Shown piece by piece: positions 1 through 9,080 of a stretch of 64,000 nucleotides of DNA; the first letter of the stretch is position 1, and the number at the start of each line of letters is the position of its first letter. Source of the stretch: a virus (taxonomy: Duplodnaviria; Caudoviricetes). The translations under genes were made by a program, and so were the position numbers. The notes beneath the pieces were generated by a model that searched no databases, was not told the origin of the DNA, and saw nothing but the letters and a program-made list of their open reading frames with translations. Location: positions 1 through 64,000 of IMG/VR virus record IMGVR_UViG_3300048606_000075, one strand, 5' to 3'.

Positions 1-84
1 TGCCTTGTGCGAGCAGGCTGGCCCGGTGCTCCTCGGGGCTCTGGTCTTCCTGCGCAACGAACTTGAACTCGCTATCCCAGCTGG

Positions 85-291
85 TCACGACTTGTCCCCT
101 TCCTCGGCCGCCAACGCCATACGGGCACGGATCTTGATCTGCGCGACCGGGCGGTCCTGATACTCGATCAGCTCCAGGATGTGGGTCAGCGCACCCTCCA
201 GCGTCTCCACCCGGGCCCGCAACCGGTCGATCTCCACAAGGGCGAAGTCCTGACCACCGTGCTGGGTGGCGCGGTACTCGTTAACCGGCAT
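85..291 (-). CDS. hypothetical phage protein (coiled-coil)
   Basis: ORF track 85..306; start moved to ATG 291, which follows a GAGGAG Shine-Dalgarno. Confidence 0.65.
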   Translation of the reverse strand: MPVNEYRATQHGGQDFALVEIDRLRARVETLEGALTHILELIEYQDRPVAQIKIRARMALAAEEGDKS

Positions 292-634
292 CGGGCTTCT
301 CCTCACCAGCAGACAGCGCTAGTTGCGCACGCCGCTGCAAGAGATACCCGGGGTCTTGGTCGTTGTGGGCGATCTCCGTCAGGGCGGCGGCCAGCAGGTT
401 GACACGGGCCTCCAGTTCCCCGATCCGAACCTGCATGGAGAGTTCGCGCACGCGGGGATGTGAGCCGGCCGACCGTTCGGCGGCTAGTACCACGGCCACC
501 GCATCGACATGCCCGCGCCACTCGTCACGGTCCTTCTCAGACAGTTCAGCCATCGGCGTGCGGAAGCGGCACCGCTCCCTGAGTACTTGGGCGGCGAGAT
601 CTCGCAGTTGATCAATCGGGTCTGGTGTCGTCAT
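281..634 (-). CDS. hypothetical phage protein
   Basis: 117-aa ORF preceded by GGTATGAC-N6-ATG; co-oriented with neighbours. Confidence 0.7.
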   Translation of the reverse strand: MTTPDPIDQLRDLAAQVLRERCRFRTPMAELSEKDRDEWRGHVDAVAVVLAAERSAGSHPRVRELSMQVRIGELEARVNLLAAALTEIAHNDQDPGYLLQRRAQLALSAGEEKPDAG

Positions 635-656
635 GACGATGTCATACCCCGCTAGG

Positions 657-1058
657 CTACTTGCTCCCCGGGGCGGGCCGGTCGATGTCGGGCAGCAACG
701 CCTCCGGCTTGAAGATCAGCTTGTACTGGAGGGTGGACACGTCGACGCCGTTGAGCTGCTGGGAGAACCAGGTGACGTTGTCACTCAGGCCCTCGCTGTG
801 CTTGATGAAGGTGCCGTTCGGCAGCTTGCAGATGACGTCAACCTGAGTGCCGGTCGGCGTGATCGAACAGTTGCCCTCGATGGACAAGATGTATTTGTCG
901 GTGATCCCGTTGAAGAACACCACCCTTCGGGCGACCCGGAACTGATCCGCGTCTTGGGACAGGTTCCGGCTCGCCACGTCGGCGTCGGTCGAGCAGCCGG
1001 TGAGTGCGAGCAGGGCGATGGCCGTCAGCGCGGCGAGCTTCTTAGACATGTTCTTCAT
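657..1058 (-). CDS. lipoprotein of a widespread phage family (SxDADVASRNLS type)
   Basis: Signal peptide MKNMSKKLAALTAIALLALTG with lipobox LTGC, then STDADVASRNLSQDADQFRVARRVVFFNGITDKY. Confidence 0.8.
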   Translation of the reverse strand: MKNMSKKLAALTAIALLALTGCSTDADVASRNLSQDADQFRVARRVVFFNGITDKYILSIEGNCSITPTGTQVDVICKLPNGTFIKHSEGLSDNVTWFSQQLNGVDVSTLQYKLIFKPEALLPDIDRPAPGSK

Positions 1059-1399
1059 GACGTTGTCCTACCCTGCTCGTGGTTCTCTTCGTACCACTTG
1101 TTCCATCGACGCATCTCTGTTGATGAAGACATCAGTCCATGCGAGAAAATGTGATTCGAACACAGATCACCGCTCTCTGTGTAGTCGTCAGCACCCGCCC
1201 CGTTCCGGTGGCCTTCCGGAGCTTTCAGTGCCTCGTAGTGCCAGCGGGCCAGCATATGGCACTGGTTGTAGGGGTGACCCGGGGGCTTGCGACCGGAGAC
1301 CCGGCTCCACGCGAAGCCCTCGCACGGGACCCGGACGGCCAGCTCCGAGATCCACGGCACCGACCGGCACACCCAGATGACCGGGCCATAGAGTGTCAT
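1055..1399 (-). CDS. hypothetical protein (Cys/His-rich)
   Basis: 114-aa ORF, motif-associated start, 4-nt overlap with next gene. Confidence 0.65.
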   Translation of the reverse strand: MTLYGPVIWVCRSVPWISELAVRVPCEGFAWSRVSGRKPPGHPYNQCHMLARWHYEALKAPEGHRNGAGADDYTESGDLCSNHIFSHGLMSSSTEMRRWNKWYEENHEQGRTTS

Positions 1400-1406
1400 G
1401 GCTGTG

Positions 1407-1613
1407 TCATACCGCGCTGTCGGGCTCGCGGGTCTCCTTGAGCAGCCCGGACTCGGCCAGCATGTGCGCCTGATGCGACGGATGATTGAGCAGCCGCATC
1501 GCCCGGGGCAGCACCGCGCCCTGCGACCAGCCGCACGAGCAGCCCTTGCGCGTAGCGCGATGAGCGTGCAGCACGGCCGTCACGCAGTGCTTGACTGTCA
1601 AGAACTTCTCCAT
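1407..1613 (-). CDS. small putative metal-binding protein (H...CSCG...H..H)
   Basis: Frame of ORF 1407..1634; ATG 1613 overlaps the upstream TGA (1613..1615). Confidence 0.6.
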   Translation of the reverse strand: MEKFLTVKHCVTAVLHAHRATRKGCSCGWSQGAVLPRAMRLLNHPSHQAHMLAESGLLKETREPDSAV

Positions 1614-1894
1614 CAGCTCGGGTCCCTCTCCCACACACGACCACGCTGCTCACCATAGATCATGTACGGCCTATCCAACTTAGAAAAACTGGCGCCCTTG
1701 TCGGTAAACCACGCTTGCAAGGTGTTCTGCACGACGCCCGATTTGTAGTCCACATACCCGCGCGTAGCGAGCCGAGCCAACGCCGGCCCTACCTGGGTCG
1801 GGAACGTCCAGCCGTCATCCCCGAGCCGGTAGCGGGCGACCATGACATCCAACACCAGGTACTCGGTGGGGGTGAGACCGTCGAGGATGTCCAT
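1613..1894 (-). CDS. hypothetical protein, possible winged-helix
   Basis: 93-aa ORF LTPTEYLVLDVM...LARLATRGYVDY; GGCATGAC-N6-ATG start. Confidence 0.65.
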   Translation of the reverse strand: MDILDGLTPTEYLVLDVMVARYRLGDDGWTFPTQVGPALARLATRGYVDYKSGVVQNTLQAWFTDKGASFSKLDRPYMIYGEQRGRVWERDPS

Positions 1895-1901
1895 GATCGT
1901 G

Positions 1902-2084
1902 TCATGCCCCGTCGATTTGCCACGCCGCTGACACCCGGACGCGATGCGACGCCTCGTGGTGGGTCAGCAGGGTGCGCAGCTCCTCGACCATCAGTCCCGC
2001 CGCCTTGAGGCGACAGTTGTCGCTGAAGCAAGCCACGCTGTACTGCGCATCATCTGTTGGTGTTCCAACATCAAGAATCTCCAT
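1902..2084 (-). CDS. small hypothetical protein (C..C..HH)
   Basis: 60-aa ORF with GGTAGGAC-N6-ATG. Confidence 0.6.
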   Translation of the reverse strand: MEILDVGTPTDDAQYSVACFSDNCRLKAAGLMVEELRTLLTHHEASHRVRVSAAWQIDGA

Positions 2085-2093
2085 GGATATGTC

Positions 2094-2291
2094 CTACCCG
2101 GAGGCAGGACCAGCTGTCAGTACAGGCCAGTCCGCAACCTCGTCATCGTTAAGGACCAACAGGTTGAGTTGACCGTTCTCAGCGTATGTCAACAGCCACC
2201 ATCCGTGGCCGTTCATCTCCTCCTGCATGCGCTGCGCGACGAACCCGGAGGGAGCTTGGCGGACCTGCGGGACCCACTCAGTACTAGTCAT
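2094..2291 (-). CDS. hypothetical protein
   Basis: Frame of ORF 2094..2330; start moved to ATG 2291 near the upstream stop, after AAGGA. Confidence 0.6.
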   Translation of the reverse strand: MTSTEWVPQVRQAPSGFVAQRMQEEMNGHGWWLLTYAENGQLNLLVLNDDEVADWPVLTAGPASG

Positions 2292-2472
2292 GTTCAGTCC
2301 TTTCGCCGGTCTCCCGACCGTCCAAAGCATGGTGCACGATCACCCAGCCGCAGCTGCCGTCCGCCCGGAACGTCGGCTCGATGCGGGGCCCGCATAGGCA
2401 GTCCTGCCCGGACTCCTCGCTCCAGTCATGCTCGATCAGATCACCGGTGGGGAGCACGTGCACGACGGCCAT
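2284..2472 (-). CDS. small hypothetical protein (H.....C.CGP...HH)
   Basis: 62-aa ORF with GGAGG SD. Confidence 0.65.
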   Translation of the reverse strand: MAVVHVLPTGDLIEHDWSEESGQDCLCGPRIEPTFRADGSCGWVIVHHALDGRETGERTEHD

Positions 2473-2586
2473 TGGGGGGCCTCCAGGGGAGCGGCGGCGA
2501 GGTGTAATAGGTATTAATAGCTAGTCCACCATACCCAGCTATTGTGTAGCAACTACTACCTATGCCCTGGCCCCGAGGAGAGGGTT

Positions 2587-3369
2587 CTACCCGGCAAGGG
2601 ACCGGTTTGAGCGCTCTGAGACCAACTCTTTTCTGACCACCTCAGTGATCAATGACGCACCCTGTTCTCGCAGGCAGGCGACCCAAGCGAGGGAGTGTCG
2701 ACCCATGTCCGGGTCGGCTCTAATCTCGGGCATTCGCTGCACGATCTCTTCATCTGAGAGATCCAGATAATAGGCAAGGGCGATCACCAACTGATGGATC
2801 TGCGGCAGCCGTTGGATGACCGCGACGACCTTGCCGCACAGCCCGGACTCCAGGGCGTCCTCAGAGACATCCACCGGGTCGGCGGGCCAACAGTCCTCGG
2901 TTGTCTCCTCCAGAGACACCGGCATGCGCACCAGGGCAGAGACGGCGCGGCGCACGTCCTCCACCGGCATCTGCGCCTTCGCGGCGATGGACTCGGCAGA
3001 CTCGTGTTCCCAGGGAGATGAAAGATCTACACCTGCCGCGATGATCTGCTTGATCAGCGCCCGCTCACGACGAGTCGCCGGATCGGATGATCGTAATGCG
3101 TCAATGATCGACCCGTTGATCCGGCGACTCGCGTACGTGTCAAACCACGAACCTGCCTCACCCTTATAAGGTTCGTAGTCATTCTCTCTACAATAGTCTT
3201 CCCAGCGCAGGGCAGCCGCAACTAAGCCTAATGTGGCGTACGAAATAATCTCATCGCGCTCATAACCAACCAACATCTGCCAACGTCGATGACCTATAGC
3301 ACGGGCTAAGCCCACACGGTCCTCAACTAGCTTCCGTTGGTTGGCATTGAGCGGAACCACATCTGCCAC
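2587..3369 (-). CDS. RNA polymerase sigma factor, sigma70 group 3 (WhiG/FliA-like)
   Basis: Region 2 motifs DEIISYATLGLVAAALRW and FDTYASRRINGSIIDALRSSD; region 3 IAAKAQMPVEDV; region 4 LPQIHQLVIALAYYLDLSDEEI. Confidence 0.85.
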   Translation of the reverse strand: MADVVPLNANQRKLVEDRVGLARAIGHRRWQMLVGYERDEIISYATLGLVAAALRWEDYCRENDYEPYKGEAGSWFDTYASRRINGSIIDALRSSDPATRRERALIKQIIAAGVDLSSPWEHESAESIAAKAQMPVEDVRRAVSALVRMPVSLEETTEDCWPADPVDVSEDALESGLCGKVVAVIQRLPQIHQLVIALAYYLDLSDEEIVQRMPEIRADPDMGRHSLAWVACLREQGASLITEVVRKELVSERSNRSLAG

Positions 3370-3387
3370 AGCATGCTCCTGTTAATG

Positions 3388-6144
3388 TCAGCTACACCCA
3401 CTTGTGTCGCCGCATGAGTCGCATGTGTAACAGACACCAGCCCTGCGCATTGACGTGCCGCAGCGATTGCACAGCGGCGCATTGACACTGAACCGAGGGA
3501 CCGTCGCTACGGGCAGCTGTGCGGGCGTCAGAGCCACGGGCATCGCCTGCGGAGTCGGGAAGGACTCCACCTCAGTGGCGACCGGCTCCAGAGCAGCAGC
3601 GCGCTCCGCGACCGAGAGAACCCCCAGGCCCTCACGGACACCACGGTCTAGGTAGTCAATGGCAAGTCTCTTGAAAACGTAGTCCAGAACCGACGTCGAC
3701 AAACGAACCTCTGGATCGTTTGTCATGCCGCGCGGCTCGAACTGCATTCCGGTGAACTTCTCCACAAACGTCTCAAGCGGTATTCCATACTGCAATCCGA
3801 TCGACACTGCGATAGCAAAGGCGTCCATCACTCCCGCAAGAGTGGATCCCTGCTTCCCAAGCTTCAAGAAAATCTCGCCTAGATCGCCATCTTCAGTGTT
3901 TGACCCGGTCAGATAGCCGCTGGCTCCTCCCACGCTAAACGACGTGGTCAAAGACGCACGGCGTGCCGGAAGACGTCGTCTAACCGGCTTGGGGGACTCC
4001 ACCACATCCACGACCGATGCGGCCTTCTTCTGCGACGAACCGCCGGTTGCGAGGGGCTGAGCGGCCTTGCAGTTGTCTCGGTAGACAGCAAGAGCCTTCA
4101 GCCCGAGCTTCCAGCCGAACAGATAGATCTCCGAGATCTCCTCCACCGTGGCTGACTCCGGCAGATTCACCGTCTTAGAGATGGCGCCGGACAGGAACGG
4201 CTGCACCGCTGCCATCATGTCAATGTGTCCGTGTGGGGAGATGTAACGCTCGCCCATCGCACAGTCGAACACCTCGTAGTGCTGCTCCTTCAGCCCCGGA
4301 GCGCCCACCACATGACCATGCTCGGCGATGAAGTCCACGATCCCCGGCACATCGGTGGCGCTGTAGCCCAGCGTGCGCAGCGCGAGCGGGATAGTCTGGT
4401 TCACGATCTGCATGGAACCGCCGCCGTGCATCTTCTTGTTCTTGACCAGACTGAAGTCCGGCTCCACGCCGGTGGTGTCACAGTCCATCATGAATGAGAT
4501 CGTCCCCGTAGGCGCCAGCAACGACACCTGCGCGTTGCGGAAACCGTGCTCGCGTCCCAGATCCGTAGCGATGAGCCACTGCCCGGATGCCTCATCGAAG
4601 ATGCGCATGTCTAGAGCGTTCACACGCGGAGCGGACCTGCTGGCATCACCATGGCGGACCACCACCGCCCGATGCGCGGCGGCGTTGCGCTTAAAGCCCT
4701 CGTAGGCCCCCACCGACCCAGCCAGCTCGGCTGACCGGCGGTAGCTCACCGCGCTCATCAGCGACGTGATCGCGCCGGCCAGGGCCCGACCACCCTCGGA
4801 GTCGTACGCCTTGCCCATGGCCATCAGCAGCGCGCCCAGGTTGCTGTAGCCGATGCCCAGCTGGCGGAACTTCCGTGACGTCACGCCGATATTCTCAGTG
4901 GGGAAGTCCGCGAACGACACCGAGATGTCCATCGCCGTGATGATCAGCTCCACGGCCTGGGCGAACTTCGCTGAGTCGAACCCGATGTCCGGAGTCAAGA
5001 ACTTCAGCAGGTTCAGCGACGCCAGGTTGCAGCTCGAGTTGTCCAGGTGCATGTATTCGCTGCACGGATTCGAGGTGGTGATGCGACCGGACTCCGGGCA
5101 CGTGTGCCACGAATTGATCGTGTCATCATATTGGATGCCCGGGTCCGCGCAGTCCCAGGTCGCCTGGGCCATCTGCCGGAACAGCTCCCGAGCCGGCAGC
5201 GTCTTGGAGACCGACCCGTCTACTCGATTGTGCAGGGAGAAAGGCTTGTCCTCCTCCACCGCGCGCATGAACTCATCCGTCACGCGGATTGAGTTGTTGG
5301 CGTTCTGGTACTGCACCGAGGACGAGTCCTCGCCGCCTAGATCCATGTCGAACCCGGCATCCCGGAGCGCGCGGATCTTGCGCTCTTCCCGAGCCTTGAT
5401 GCTCACGAAGTGCTCGACGTCGGGGTGGTCCACGTCTAGGCAAACGAGCTTCGCGGCCCGACGATTCGCCCCGCCGCTCTGAATTGTCCCAGCGGACGCA
5501 TCCGCGCCCCGCATGAACGAGACCGGACCCGAAGCCATGCCACCGGAGGAGAGCAGCTCGCGCGAGCCTCGCAGCCGGGACAAGTTCACCCCGGCTCCGG
5601 AGCCACCTCGGAAGATCATGCCCTCCTCTTTGTACCAGTCGAGGATGGACTCCATATCGTCCTCGACAGACAACAGGAAACACGCGCTAACCTGCTGCTT
5701 GCTCTTGGTCCCCACGTTGAACCAGACCGGCGAGTTGAACGCGAAGATCTGGTGCAAGAGCATGTACTTCAGCTCATCACGGAAGATGTCCGCATCCTCG
5801 GGAGTAGCGAAGTAGTCCCGAGCGGCACCCTCGTCTGCGTACTTGTCCGCCACCCGATCGATGACCTGCTTCAGCGACCACTCACGACCAGGGGTGTTCT
5901 GCTTGCCACGGAAGTACTTCGAAGTCACGATCTGCCGTGCGTTCAGCGACCAGGACTCCGGAAACTCCACGCCGCGCTGCTCGAAATTGATCGAGCCGTC
6001 ACGGAAGTTCTTCAGAATTATGTCTGTTCGCTCCCAAGAAACTTCATCGAAAGGATGAACTCCAGGCTTGGTGTAGACCCTCGCTACGCGCAGACCTGCA
6101 TCTGGGGTAGCCGAAACTCCATGCGTGTGAACAGACACGAACAA
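3388..6144 (-). CDS. nrdJ: class II adenosylcobalamin-dependent ribonucleotide reductase
   Basis: FNSPVWFN, QQVSACFL, GGSGAGVN, ASGPVSFM, RRAAK, TTSNPCSEY (thiyl Cys), LLAPTGTISF; C-terminal TSCPD-like domain and CxxC..CxxC ribbon. Confidence 0.95.
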   Translation of the reverse strand: MFVSVHTHGVSATPDAGLRVARVYTKPGVHPFDEVSWERTDIILKNFRDGSINFEQRGVEFPESWSLNARQIVTSKYFRGKQNTPGREWSLKQVIDRVADKYADEGAARDYFATPEDADIFRDELKYMLLHQIFAFNSPVWFNVGTKSKQQVSACFLLSVEDDMESILDWYKEEGMIFRGGSGAGVNLSRLRGSRELLSSGGMASGPVSFMRGADASAGTIQSGGANRRAAKLVCLDVDHPDVEHFVSIKAREERKIRALRDAGFDMDLGGEDSSSVQYQNANNSIRVTDEFMRAVEEDKPFSLHNRVDGSVSKTLPARELFRQMAQATWDCADPGIQYDDTINSWHTCPESGRITTSNPCSEYMHLDNSSCNLASLNLLKFLTPDIGFDSAKFAQAVELIITAMDISVSFADFPTENIGVTSRKFRQLGIGYSNLGALLMAMGKAYDSEGGRALAGAITSLMSAVSYRRSAELAGSVGAYEGFKRNAAAHRAVVVRHGDASRSAPRVNALDMRIFDEASGQWLIATDLGREHGFRNAQVSLLAPTGTISFMMDCDTTGVEPDFSLVKNKKMHGGGSMQIVNQTIPLALRTLGYSATDVPGIVDFIAEHGHVVGAPGLKEQHYEVFDCAMGERYISPHGHIDMMAAVQPFLSGAISKTVNLPESATVEEISEIYLFGWKLGLKALAVYRDNCKAAQPLATGGSSQKKAASVVDVVESPKPVRRRLPARRASLTTSFSVGGASGYLTGSNTEDGDLGEIFLKLGKQGSTLAGVMDAFAIAVSIGLQYGIPLETFVEKFTGMQFEPRGMTNDPEVRLSTSVLDYVFKRLAIDYLDRGVREGLGVLSVAERAAALEPVATEVESFPTPQAMPVALTPAQLPVATVPRFSVNAPLCNRCGTSMRRAGVCYTCDSCGDTSGCS

Positions 6145-6200
6145 ACCTCTTCTGCAAAATGTGCGCTCAGGGCGTCACAACGTGGTGCTACCAGCCCCAG

Positions 6201-7904
6201 CTAGCTGGCAACTCGTGCTTCAGTCCTCCGAGAACGTCCCTGCTGAGGAGTAATGAGAGTCAACTGCTCCAGCGGTGACAAAGAGCCGTACAGCGCGTCC
6301 TCTTCCAGCCATACGGCGGAGGAGAGACCTGCCTCCTGACTCAACTTTGCCAACGCCCGCTCCTCGTGAGTGTCAACAGTCAGCAAGTTATGTACGTACA
6401 CCGAACGAAAGCGCGACCCCTGCCGCCTTACCCGCCCGGCCAACTGAGTCATCCGTGCTGGGTTTGGCAACTGATCGATATTCACGAGATGTCTTGCAAT
6501 CTGTAAGTTGAGCGACTTCTCAATAGCTGACGTGCCTAGCAGAACCTGGCAAGCCGGGTCCTCCCGGAACCTCTCCAGGGAAGCGTCGCGGATCTTGGAG
6601 CGCCGCTCTTCCCCCCAGATCAGCTCATACCCCACACCTTCGACCTGCAGACGTGATGTCAAAGCACGAATGCCAGCCTTATACTGGCAGAAGATGACTA
6701 CCTTCTCAGCTGGCTTACCATCCTCGTCGCTGGCCCAGTCCACTTGCAAGCGGTGCATAATCCAGTCAAACTTCACCGAAGTACCAGGGCCATCCTCACC
6801 ACCGATGGTGGCGAGACCCTCACAAATCTGCTGGCCACGCAGCAGGCTGTTACGCGCGGCGATCCGTTGCGCGCCACCCTCTTGGATTAGTCCACGTACA
6901 TCCCGTTGCAGAGACCCGTACTCCGCCCGTTGCGCGGGATGCAGCTCCAGCCAGACATTTTCCGGCACGATCGCGGGCAGCTCTACGTCATCGATCTCAT
7001 CAAGCGATCGACGCAACACCATAGGCGCAATTCGCTCCCGGAACTCGGGAAGTCGACGGTGACCTGTGACCTCCATATTTGTGTGCTTAACCGCACGGCG
7101 CTCACGAGCATCATATGTGTAGTACGGAACTGGTTCCTTGATGAGATACCGGCGCTCGCAGTCCTCCCGCTTACCCAGGCGATGCGGCTGCGAGCCACCA
7201 ATTTGAGTCAGCGTGTCATACAGTTCCATCAGCTTTTTCTGCAGCGGCGTCGCATTCATCAGAATGACCCGCTTGCAATCGTTATTGTCAAAGCCCAGCC
7301 GCTTAATAGCGCCAGCGGTCTGCGTTTGCGAGTGGCGCAGCGGGTCCACGTCATCCACGACAATCGTATGGATGCCAAGGTTACTGAGCTGGTATCCATC
7401 TTGGAGGATCATCTGATGTCCGATGATCAAAACATCCCATGGTTGCGAGTACTTGTCTTCACGCTTCCGGCGAGTCCCCTCGGCTAGCTCTGTGATCAAC
7501 CCGGGGATGGCGCGGCGCATCTCCCGCTGCCACTGCCGGGTGGCGGTCGGCTCACAGATCACCAGAGCACGACCGCCACCGCGCGCACGTCCCAACTCGC
7601 CTGTCTCTGACAGAATGGAGAACAAACCAGTCACTACATGGGTCTTGCCTGTACCTACTGGATCAGCTATCAATCCATTCTTCACCAGCCACAGCCACAT
7701 GACCGCAACACGCTGGTGTCGACGTAGCTTGATCCCGCAACGATTACAATATGGATTGGGATCTGGCCCGTCTCCTGCATGCTCCTCACAAGGCTGCGCA
7801 TTGAAGTGCCGCAACGGTGGCATGCCCGTAATGTCATACGACGTACGAACTTGCTCGGCTCTTAAGGCGAGTTTGACTGGGTCAACTCGGTCTAACACCG
7901 ACAC
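6201..7904 (-). CDS. SNF2/SF2 helicase
   Basis: Walker A ADPVGTGKT, motif III NATP, KVVIFCQY, motif VI QLAGRVRRQG; Walker B reads DDVD. Confidence 0.88.
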   Translation of the reverse strand: MSVLDRVDPVKLALRAEQVRTSYDITGMPPLRHFNAQPCEEHAGDGPDPNPYCNRCGIKLRRHQRVAVMWLWLVKNGLIADPVGTGKTHVVTGLFSILSETGELGRARGGGRALVICEPTATRQWQREMRRAIPGLITELAEGTRRKREDKYSQPWDVLIIGHQMILQDGYQLSNLGIHTIVVDDVDPLRHSQTQTAGAIKRLGFDNNDCKRVILMNATPLQKKLMELYDTLTQIGGSQPHRLGKREDCERRYLIKEPVPYYTYDARERRAVKHTNMEVTGHRRLPEFRERIAPMVLRRSLDEIDDVELPAIVPENVWLELHPAQRAEYGSLQRDVRGLIQEGGAQRIAARNSLLRGQQICEGLATIGGEDGPGTSVKFDWIMHRLQVDWASDEDGKPAEKVVIFCQYKAGIRALTSRLQVEGVGYELIWGEERRSKIRDASLERFREDPACQVLLGTSAIEKSLNLQIARHLVNIDQLPNPARMTQLAGRVRRQGSRFRSVYVHNLLTVDTHEERALAKLSQEAGLSSAVWLEEDALYGSLSPLEQLTLITPQQGRSRRTEARVAS

Positions 7905-7927
7905 GAAAGAGCCTCACCTTCGACAGC

Positions 7928-8128
7928 TTACTGAGCAGACGTTAGATCCGTTCTACCCAGTGGTCCTCGGCCGGCGACGAAGCGGGGCGGACAACCCCAC
8001 ACCACACGCTGAGGCTGAGCTGCGGATTTGCGCGGTGTCACCACCGCGACCGCATAGTTCAGATCCCTCGAAAATGCTTGAATAGCTTCAGAAACCAAAG
8101 ACGTACGCCAGTCAACCTTCATGGACAT
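7928..8128 (-). CDS. small hypothetical protein
   Basis: 66-aa co-oriented ORF upstream of helicase. Confidence 0.45.
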   Translation of the reverse strand: MSMKVDWRTSLVSEAIQAFSRDLNYAVAVVTPRKSAAQPQRVVWGCPPRFVAGRGPLGRTDLTSAQ

Positions 8129-8328
8129 CTCCCAGATGATGTCTAACCGAACAGGTCTAAGACCTGATGAAGGCGGTAGTGGCGACGTGCTCTACGGCGG
8201 CATCCCTGCACCGCACCGCTGGGGGAAGAGTAGCCCTTCGGACAACAAGTCTCTACTCGGGTTCAACCGACAGAGAAACCCCTTCTGACCAGGGACAACT
8301 CTCCATGAGAGGTGTCTTCAGCATTAAC

Positions 8329-9042
8329 TCACACAGGAAGTCGCCCGTATGATGTCATGTTATTGTACACACGACGTAAACCTACTTCTTGGCCATAGTC
8401 TGGCGCATCAATCATCATGCCTCCGCCCGCATAGATACCGACATGTCCTGGGCCGAACACCAGGTCACCCGGCAGCGCGGCCGAGCGCGAGACGGGCCGT
8501 GTCCAGTCCCTGAGGGCATCCGAGGTCCGGTACTGACTAGACAACCCAGCACGTTTCAACACCAGATACACCAACCCCGAGCAGTCGACCCCCGCCGTGC
8601 TCCTACCGCCCCACCTGTAGGGCGTGCCGGAGAGCGACTTGGCGACGGACACCACCTCCGCACGGCCCGCAGGAGACAGCAGAGAGCCCGCTGTGTGCCC
8701 CGCTGGCGAGCCGGGAGACAGCAGTGCGTGCGAGGGGCCGGACGGTTTCGGAACTGAATATTGTCTCTGGGGAATCGCGCTAGGAATAGGTCGCGGAGGC
8801 GTTGGCACAGACTCCGGAACCACCCTAGCGGGAGTCGGGGCGGCAGGAGTTATCGGAGCGATACGACGCTCCACTCGAATGGCACGTGGAATAGCTGCGG
8901 GCGCCCGCGCGGAAACAGTTTTCGCTGAATCCGACGCGGGCGGTCCACTAGAACCCGATGACAACCCGGCAGTCACCGCACTGACCGCAGCGATGACCGA
9001 CTTACCGGGGGACCGAGTCTTTCCCTTACGGTGACGTCCCAT
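8329..9042 (-). CDS. NlpC/P60 peptidoglycan endopeptidase with N-terminal leader and Pro-rich linker
   Basis: GTPYRWGG..GVDCSGLV..PGDLVF..GHVGIYAGGGMMIDA; MGRHRK leader followed by hydrophobic stretch. Confidence 0.92.
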   Translation of the reverse strand: MGRHRKGKTRSPGKSVIAAVSAVTAGLSSGSSGPPASDSAKTVSARAPAAIPRAIRVERRIAPITPAAPTPARVVPESVPTPPRPIPSAIPQRQYSVPKPSGPSHALLSPGSPAGHTAGSLLSPAGRAEVVSVAKSLSGTPYRWGGRSTAGVDCSGLVYLVLKRAGLSSQYRTSDALRDWTRPVSRSAALPGDLVFGPGHVGIYAGGGMMIDAPDYGQEVGLRRVYNNMTSYGRLPV

Positions 9043-9080
9043 GGCGTGACCCTCCAGTCACGGCCAAAGACGTCAGGCGT

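Larger units (their letters stand above)
641..2098 (-). promoter_or_regulatory. start-associated GGTAnnAC-N6-ATG motifs, left cluster
   Basis: Copies at 641-648, 1065-1072, 1406-1413, 1901-1908 (GGCATGAC variant) and 2091-2098, each exactly 6 nt before a start codon. Confidence 0.75.

Noticed and set aside
1396-1656. Alternative 86-aa ORF
   Set aside because: The overlapping frame 1407..1613 has a start coupled to the upstream stop and a coherent metal-binding pattern
3388-6144. Intein or intron in RNR or terminase
   Set aside because: Lengths are typical; no splice-junction motifs or LAGLIDADG insert seen
7950-7957. GGTAGAAC copies at 7950 and 2584, and GGTAGCAC at 6185, as gene-start motifs
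   Set aside because: None is followed by an in-frame start of a real gene (6185 gives only a 3-codon uORF), so they were excluded from the motif count
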